A DNA stretch of 64,000 nucleotides, from positions 544,001-608,000 of the forward strand of contig JAVLKG010000001.1 in assembly GCA_032128875.1 (NCBI GenBank), written 5' to 3'. The stretch comes from Candidatus Melainabacteria bacterium 17Bon1m. Lineage in GTDB: Bacteria; Cyanobacteriota; Vampirovibrionia; Obscuribacterales; Obscuribacteraceae. Of the stretch, positions 58,748-64,000 are shown one piece after another (positions within the stretch are counted from its first letter, which is position 1; every line of letters begins with the position of its first letter). A program made the translations under genes and the position numbers. The notes below the pieces were generated by a model, which was not told the origin of the DNA, did not search any database, and was given only the letters and a program-made list of their open reading frames with translations.

Positions 58748-59228
58748 GCTCTCTGATTTCGACCGATTTGATGCGGACGCCCCAGCTGTTCGCGCGGCGG
58801 CTGAGTTCTCGTTTGAGCACGCTATTTACTTCCACCTCGCTAGTGAGAATTCTTTGTGCTGTGTACTCGCCGACAGCACTTCTGAGTACCGTGTGCATTA
58901 TTTCTACTGTGTGCGCAATCGGATCATCAACCTTCGCGATCGCCTTCGCTGCGTCTTTTATGTAAAACCGACAAAGTGCAGAGAGTTTTACTGGCACATT
59001 GTCTAAAGTGGTGGTCTCAATCAGAGACGTAACGGAAGCGGTGATTCGCGTGTCAACGATGAGCGAACGGTCGATCAGGGGGACAACCAATTGCATGCCC
59101 GGGCCTCTGTCCCCGATGATTTTTCCGAATCGAAAAATGACCAGGCGATCATGCTCTCTTACGATCTTTATTCCGGAAAGTAAAATCATGAATACAAGGA
59201 CTAGCATCCCGCCGAAGATTTCGTGCAT
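58713..59228 (-). CDS. SPFH/band-7 (stomatin-like) protein, short form
   Basis: TM + IVREHDRLVIFRFGK..GPG, T.DNVPV, LRSAVG, WGVRIKSVEIR. Confidence 0.85.
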   Translation of the reverse strand: MHEIFGGMLVLVFMILLSGIKIVREHDRLVIFRFGKIIGDRGPGMQLVVPLIDRSLIVDTRITASVTSLIETTTLDNVPVKLSALCRFYIKDAAKAIAKVDDPIAHTVEIMHTVLRSAVGEYTAQRILTSEVEVNSVLKRELSRRANSWGVRIKSVEIRELTVLREMQPEI

Positions 59229-59434
59229 TGTTTTAATCCAGAAGTTTTTCCAATTCTAGCCAGTGCCACTTTCGCCTGTGACTGGGAAAAACCCTAGTTG
59301 CGCTCTCAATCAGTGGATGACCCTGTTCGTATCTTTCCGAGCATGCTCAGTTTGCAAACTGTTTTATGTCACAACAGAAACGATTCGCCTGGCGATATGT
59401 TGTGTGTGTCTGCAACTATGAGGCTTTGACCTGT

Positions 59435-59734
59435 ATGGACCGACCAACAATCAATGAAAACACTGCTGCTTGGATGGCGTTTGTGTGGATTTCTTTTGGC
59501 ATATCTGTATTTCTGATGTCGTGCGGAATTTACCAATTGCCCGCAGAACTTTGGGTGAAGGGCTACATGACGATGGGGCTATTTTTCTGTGTAGGTTCGA
59601 GTTTCACGCTTGCGAAAACAGTGCGCGATAACCATGAATCACGCAAACTGATTAATCGCGTGACGGTAGTGAAGACCGAGCGAATGTTGCAAGATTATGA
59701 GTTGAAAGAGCCCATCTATGCGGCGCCGCGCTGA
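59435..59734 (+). CDS. YiaA/YiaB two-helix membrane protein
   Basis: TAAW..FVWISF, KGY..MG, SFTLAKTVRDNHE. Confidence 0.85.
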   Translation: MDRPTINENTAAWMAFVWISFGISVFLMSCGIYQLPAELWVKGYMTMGLFFCVGSSFTLAKTVRDNHESRKLINRVTVVKTERMLQDYELKEPIYAAPR

Positions 59735-60348
59735 TGCTCATCGTGCGCTTCGTTGTCTGCGAATTCGGAGACGGCATCAATAGCAGCGGCTGTTCTATCT
59801 ATGGGCTCGGCAATTCTTTGAACATCATCGAAGTCGCCACGAATGGCTTTTAGAGCGAAGATTTCCGCATCGATTTCGGAGCGCGTGCGAACTCCAAGTC
59901 GACGGAACATCGGAATTGGTGGGCACCAGCCCCTGATTGCATGATTCATGAGGAACAATGAGACCGCAAAAGGAATGGCAAGGAATTTCTTGCCGCCAAA
60001 AGCTGTAAGAATGCATCCTCCAGTTGAAATGATTGTTGCATTGAGTTGTAGTACGCGCTCAATGTCCCACTCTTCCGCCAGCTCGTTCAGTCGTTCTGAA
60101 ATTTCTTCCTCGCCGCTGCAAACAAAAGCAGCAATGTTTCGCTCAGTCTGGCGATCTATTTTTTCATTGATCTTGTCGCAAGTGTTTGCGCGCACTCTGT
60201 CTATTTTCTCGGGAACTATATCTTTCTGCATAACCGCTGCCCTCAGTTGTTTTAGCATGAAATACCTCAACTTCAATCGAAGACCGTGCCTTGTATTGAT
60301 GGTTCCAACTTTTGGCAATGAAATAAGAAATAAAAACGTATGCTGCAA
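59716..60348 (-). CDS. DUF2892-like membrane protein (start likely internal, MQKDIV)
   Basis: EWDIERVL, HAIRGWCPP, RRLGVRT..EID.E..ALKA.RGDF. Confidence 0.8.
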   Translation of the reverse strand: MQHTFLFLISLPKVGTINTRHGLRLKLRYFMLKQLRAAVMQKDIVPEKIDRVRANTCDKINEKIDRQTERNIAAFVCSGEEEISERLNELAEEWDIERVLQLNATIISTGGCILTAFGGKKFLAIPFAVSLFLMNHAIRGWCPPIPMFRRLGVRTRSEIDAEIFALKAIRGDFDDVQRIAEPIDRTAAAIDAVSEFADNEAHDEHQRGAA

Positions 60349-60426
60349 ATTTTGGGTTTCTAGGGTTTTTCCTATGCGCCTGGATTGCTTTGCGAGTTAT
60401 CCTGGGAAGACTGAGAGGAAAAACCT

Positions 60427-61008
60427 GTGTCTAGCGAAACCGCCAACTCCGTCGGTCAGATTACGACGGCGAGTAAAGTTAAGCTCGTCGTTAGTGGGTC
60501 AGAACTAGAGAAGATTCACAGCCTGCCTGTGGATGAATACTTCGACTTGCTCGAAGAGGCTACTCCTGAGCAGCTTCAATTAATAATTCATTCGTTTGAG
60601 AAAGTGTCGCGCACCAAAAGTGGTGCCAGCTTGTTACAGAAAATCATTGCAGTTCCACAAGGGCGGCGTTCTCTATTTTCAATCTTAATGTGGTGGGAGT
60701 CGCGACGCCCTGTATACAACATCATTGTTGGTTTAGTCGGCTTGCCTTCTATCTTGCTGCTGTCGCTATTTGGGATGGGGCACGCCGCTGTTGTCGCGGC
60801 ATTTGTCTACGCCATCTGTGCCAACATCTGCTATTGCTTGGGGGCTCCCGCCGAAGTCGTGGCGCGCGCTTGCTACAAACAAAATGCAGAAACCTACGCT
60901 CCTGTATTGTTCACTCTCGGAACCATCTTCTCTGTTGTTTTAACCGTATTACTTGAACTTCTGGTCTTTGCCGCTCTGGTATTTGGAGCAGTCTCCGGAC
61001 GTTTCTAG
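60427..61008 (+). CDS. Hypothetical membrane protein
   Basis: WWESRRPVYN motif, ANICYCLG, three TM segments. Confidence 0.8.
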   Translation: MSSETANSVGQITTASKVKLVVSGSELEKIHSLPVDEYFDLLEEATPEQLQLIIHSFEKVSRTKSGASLLQKIIAVPQGRRSLFSILMWWESRRPVYNIIVGLVGLPSILLLSLFGMGHAAVVAAFVYAICANICYCLGAPAEVVARACYKQNAETYAPVLFTLGTIFSVVLTVLLELLVFAALVFGAVSGRF

Positions 61009-61121
61009 CAACCTGCTGCCCCAGGAAAGCTCTGAAATTGGTCAAAAGCGCTGCCTGGCCGGCCTCAGTGTGGCATAAACTGAATGCTTGGATATAATGA
61101 AAGTTGTCTGGAGGCGGTCGA

Positions 61122-61737
61122 ATGAACGCAGCAGTCAATTTTTCGGTCAATCTTATCCTGGTACTTGTTCCCGGCTATTTACTGAGTTTTACGATGTTTA
61201 GAGACACTTCAATTGCTAAATTGCCCGAGCAGGGCAGCCTTCACAAGGTTGTACTTGCCGCTGGTTGATTCTGGGGGGTTGAGGCGGCGCTTCAACGAAT
61301 CGACGGAGTCAAGCACGCGACTTCCGGTTATACAGGCGGATCAACGAAAGATCCGACCTACAAAGATGTTTGCAGTGGACGGACCGGGCATGCTGAAGCA
61401 GTCCAGGTCTTGTTCGACGCGAAAGTCGTCTCTTTCAAGGACATTATCCGCTTTTACGTGAAGCAGTTCGGACCGAGCCGGCACCAGGGCGAGGAAACTT
61501 TACGTGAAGCAGTTCGGACCGAGCCGGCACCAGGGCGAGGAAACCAGCCAGTACCGAGCGGCGATATTTTACGAGAGTGAGGAGCAAAAGAAGGAAGCGG
61601 GCGAAGTGCTTGGGGAATTTGGCTTTGATAAGGCGGATACCGAGCGTTTGCTTGAGCCTGCAGCCACTTTCTTCGCTGCCGAGGTTTATCACCAGAAATA
61701 CTATGAGAAGTCCTCCATGGGGCTTTACAGACGCTAG
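61122..61737 (+). CDS. msrA: Peptide methionine sulfoxide reductase A, selenocysteine form (GUFWG); reading frame broken by a 46-bp duplication in this sequence
   Basis: GGAGG RBS, ATG 61122; AAG-TGA(61266-61268)-FWGVE, SGYTGG, PTYKDVCSG.TGHAEAV, QYRAAIF, AEVYHQKYY. Confidence 0.85.
61267..61301 (+). promoter_or_regulatory. Bacterial SECIS-like hairpin in msrA
   Basis: Upper stem GTTGAGGC/GCTTCAAC (61278-61296), loop GGC 17 nt after the UGA; lower stem GATTC/GAATC. Confidence 0.7.
61453..61544 (+). repeat. Perfect 46-bp tandem duplication
   Basis: TTTACGTGAAGCAGTTCGGACCGAGCCGGCACCAGGGCGAGGAAAC at 61453-61498 and 61499-61544. Confidence 0.97.
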
Positions 61738-61893
61738 AATTCGGAAATTTGGCAAAGGTTGAAACCTTCGTTAAGCGGGACGGATATGCTCGCCTGTTGA
61801 TGCATGATGGATAAATCTGCAAAAACTTGTCATTTGGATTAATTTGGTAACCGATTGAGTCTTGATACCTAACGAAGGCACTCAGGCTATCGT

Positions 61894-63267
61894 TTGAAAG
61901 TAGAACTCGAGAAAATAGAGAAGTATCCAGTTCTCACGCCAACGAGCATGGAGAGCACAGAGTCTGCAGGCTTGCTCTTTGTCGGTGGCCCTGTTTGTGT
62001 CTTACTTGCCTGGTTTCTTTTCTCTGCCATGGCTAAGTACTTGATCACGTGGCAGCTTCTCTCGATTTTCGTTGTTTTTGCGCACCACGCGGCCACAAGC
62101 TCGTCCGGTATTTCTTCGTCGCTTGATCTCAAAGCCAAGGGGCTCGACATTAGAGACCCGCGCATGAATGCGATTATGCCTTGGGACTGGCTAACCAAGG
62201 TTGAAATGAGACAGCGCAATTTCAGCATAATTCCCAACTACGTCTATTTCAAATTCAAAGACAACTCTGATGTGATTATCCTCTGGGATGACGTAAAAGA
62301 GACAATGGATTCGACCACTCTGATTTCTTGCGTTCGTACTTGGGCGCCTCATGCGGAGATTGTTGGTGATGCCAAATTGACAAAGTCAGAGTCCATCGCC
62401 ACTTATACAGAGCTCTGGCTTAAGGATATGAGCCTTACGAAGACGGAGCGGCGTCTGCGTCAAGATCAGACTCTGCCCCCTCAAACTGTTCTAAGTAACA
62501 GTTATAAGGTCGAGCGAATCTTGAGCGGTGGAGGTCAGGGCACCGCTTATCTTGCCTCTGTTATGCCCGGTGCTGAAGTTCCCAACATGCCATCGCAGGT
62601 GGTGATAAAGGAATTTATCCTGCCGTCTAACGATCGTGGACTTCAGAAGGCTACAGATGGACTGGTGAAAGAAGTGTCTATTCTGAGACGTATTTCTCAC
62701 CCCAAAATAGTTCGTCTCTATGACTTCTTTATTGAAGATATGCGCGGTTATCTTGTTATCGAATTCATAGATGGTGAAACATTGCGTCAGCTCGTCGCAA
62801 GAACCGGACCATTAGACGACGCGCGTGTTGCGCAAATTGGCGTCTCACTTTGTGAGTCGCTTACTTATCTGCATGAGCTCTCACCTTCAATTATTCACGG
62901 CGATGTCACTCCAGATAATATTATGTTGGAAAAGGGTGGCGCCATAAAACTAATGGATTTTGATGCCTCTCAAGAACTTACGCGCAACAAGACCAACACT
63001 GTAGTTGGTAAGCACGCATACATGTCACCAGAGCAATTCAAGGGAATTCTCGGAAGCGAGAGCGATATCTATGCGCTCGGTTGTACGTTGAACTTTTTGC
63101 TCACGGGCGTCGACCCAGAGCCAATAAGCGAGTCTCGCCCAGTTAGTCTCAGAGAGACGATTAGCGAATCAATGAACGAGGCAGTTGCCAAAGCTACCAA
63201 ATTAAACGTTGCAGAAAGATATTCCACTCTTTCCGAATTGAGAGGCGATCTTGAGCGAATCAGATAG
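61894..63267 (+). CDS. Membrane-anchored Ser/Thr protein kinase
   Basis: GGGQGTAY, VVIKE, HGDVTPDN, DFD, YMSPEQ, SDIYALG; N-terminal TM segments. Confidence 0.93.
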   Translation: MKVELEKIEKYPVLTPTSMESTESAGLLFVGGPVCVLLAWFLFSAMAKYLITWQLLSIFVVFAHHAATSSSGISSSLDLKAKGLDIRDPRMNAIMPWDWLTKVEMRQRNFSIIPNYVYFKFKDNSDVIILWDDVKETMDSTTLISCVRTWAPHAEIVGDAKLTKSESIATYTELWLKDMSLTKTERRLRQDQTLPPQTVLSNSYKVERILSGGGQGTAYLASVMPGAEVPNMPSQVVIKEFILPSNDRGLQKATDGLVKEVSILRRISHPKIVRLYDFFIEDMRGYLVIEFIDGETLRQLVARTGPLDDARVAQIGVSLCESLTYLHELSPSIIHGDVTPDNIMLEKGGAIKLMDFDASQELTRNKTNTVVGKHAYMSPEQFKGILGSESDIYALGCTLNFLLTGVDPEPISESRPVSLRETISESMNEAVAKATKLNVAERYSTLSELRGDLERIR

Positions 63268-63283
63268 TTTGAAGAAACATACC

Positions 63284-64000
63284 GTGGCACCTCATGTTTC
63301 TCCTGAGCAAGGTGGAGCTTTTGAGATCGCTTACACGCCGGATTTCGAAACGGGCAATCGAATAGTTTTGAAATTCACCTGGCCAATTGTCTTCTTTGCC
63401 TTGGCATATGTTTACACTGCACTTATAGGACCGTTTTCATTAGTGGGATGTATTGGCGGTGGGCTTGCCTGCGTACTTGTCGCGTCTTATCTGGTGCTGC
63501 TTACTCTTCTGTTTAAGAAGTATTTCGTGCTTCGCCAATGGGGTATCACACTGCCGGCAATGTATTTAGCTGCTGCATCAGGGCGACTTAGGTGGAGTTG
63601 GACAGATTTAAATCAGGTTGTTTTTTCGAGAAGCTCAGAAGGATTTCGCAGCGCTGATCAACTGGTGCTCCGTTTTCAGCATTCTGGTTCTTCTACGCCT
63701 GTCAACATTCATATTAGGCTACGAGACATTGATCAACTGGACTTGAAAAAGTTCGTTTATGCCATAGTCACCAATGCACCACATGCGGTGTTTGAGCCGC
63801 CGCTCGATCAAGTTGGCATAGAACTTCCAACAGTGTCTGGGATTAAGCATCTCAACTTTCACAGTTTTACAACAATGTGGGATGAAGAGTTCTCCACCCG
63901 GTACTCGCCTACGTTATTTGTTCCGATGTCTCCTGGTGATGAACTTCGAAATGGTGCGATCAAGATTTCAGAGCTGGTAGCGTGTGGCGGCTCAGCTGCT
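63284..64000 (+). CDS. Second membrane-anchored Ser/Thr kinase-like gene, partial (runs off the right edge)
   Basis: Open frame to the window end; TM segments, SFTTMWDEE (compare TYTELW in the upstream kinase), ending at a Gly-loop-like VACGGSAA. Confidence 0.7.
   Translation, partial: MAPHVSPEQGGAFEIAYTPDFETGNRIVLKFTWPIVFFALAYVYTALIGPFSLVGCIGGGLACVLVASYLVLLTLLFKKYFVLRQWGITLPAMYLAAASGRLRWSWTDLNQVVFSRSSEGFRSADQLVLRFQHSGSSTPVNIHIRLRDIDQLDLKKFVYAIVTNAPHAVFEPPLDQVGIELPTVSGIKHLNFHSFTTMWDEEFSTRYSPTLFVPMSPGDELRNGAIKISELVACGGSAA

Noticed and set aside
61453-61544. CRISPR-like repeat
   Set aside because: Two directly adjacent copies with no spacer, inside msrA coding sequence.

Overview
A 64-kb bacterial chromosomal segment. 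Its protein repertoire (TPR proteins, membrane-anchored Ser/Thr kinases, lineage-type secreted hypotheticals) suggests a non-photosynthetic cyanobacterial relative such as Vampirovibrionia/Obscuribacterales; this is inference only. Positions 1-35,000 are mostly ordinary chromosome: a two-component kinase and regulator, TPR proteins, Skp/OmpH, enoyl-CoA hydratase, a TonB-C protein, an SDR/TetR unit and YchJ. This part also holds an 11-bp-phased repeat array and a candidate structured RNA. An 11.1-kb integrative island (35099-46244) is inserted in tRNA-Arg(ACG) at 35067-35140. It has a tyrosine integrase at the far end and a duplicated tRNA 3' half. Its cargo looks defence-related: a TIGR04255 + antitoxin + RES operon, a Schlafen/AlbA_2 protein, two HEPN-like proteins and a PD-(D/E)XK-like protein. 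The left arm of a second, related island appears to follow in tandem. After it come a persulfide-detoxification operon (ArsR, rhodanese, TauE, persulfide dioxygenase-rhodanese, CoA-disulfide reductase-rhodanese) and an acr3-arsC unit with a deleted regulator. The most notable result is two genes missed by the ORF track that contain an in-frame TGA followed by a bacterial SECIS-like hairpin. In both, a GG-initiated apical loop lies exactly 17 nt after the UGA. One is a Sec-type MsrA (GUFWG, 61122-61737). The other is a small single-pass membrane protein (55055-55243, ...LPKLGIPT-U-MSRSC...) embedded in the persulfide operon, a candidate selenoprotein I cannot assign to any known family.
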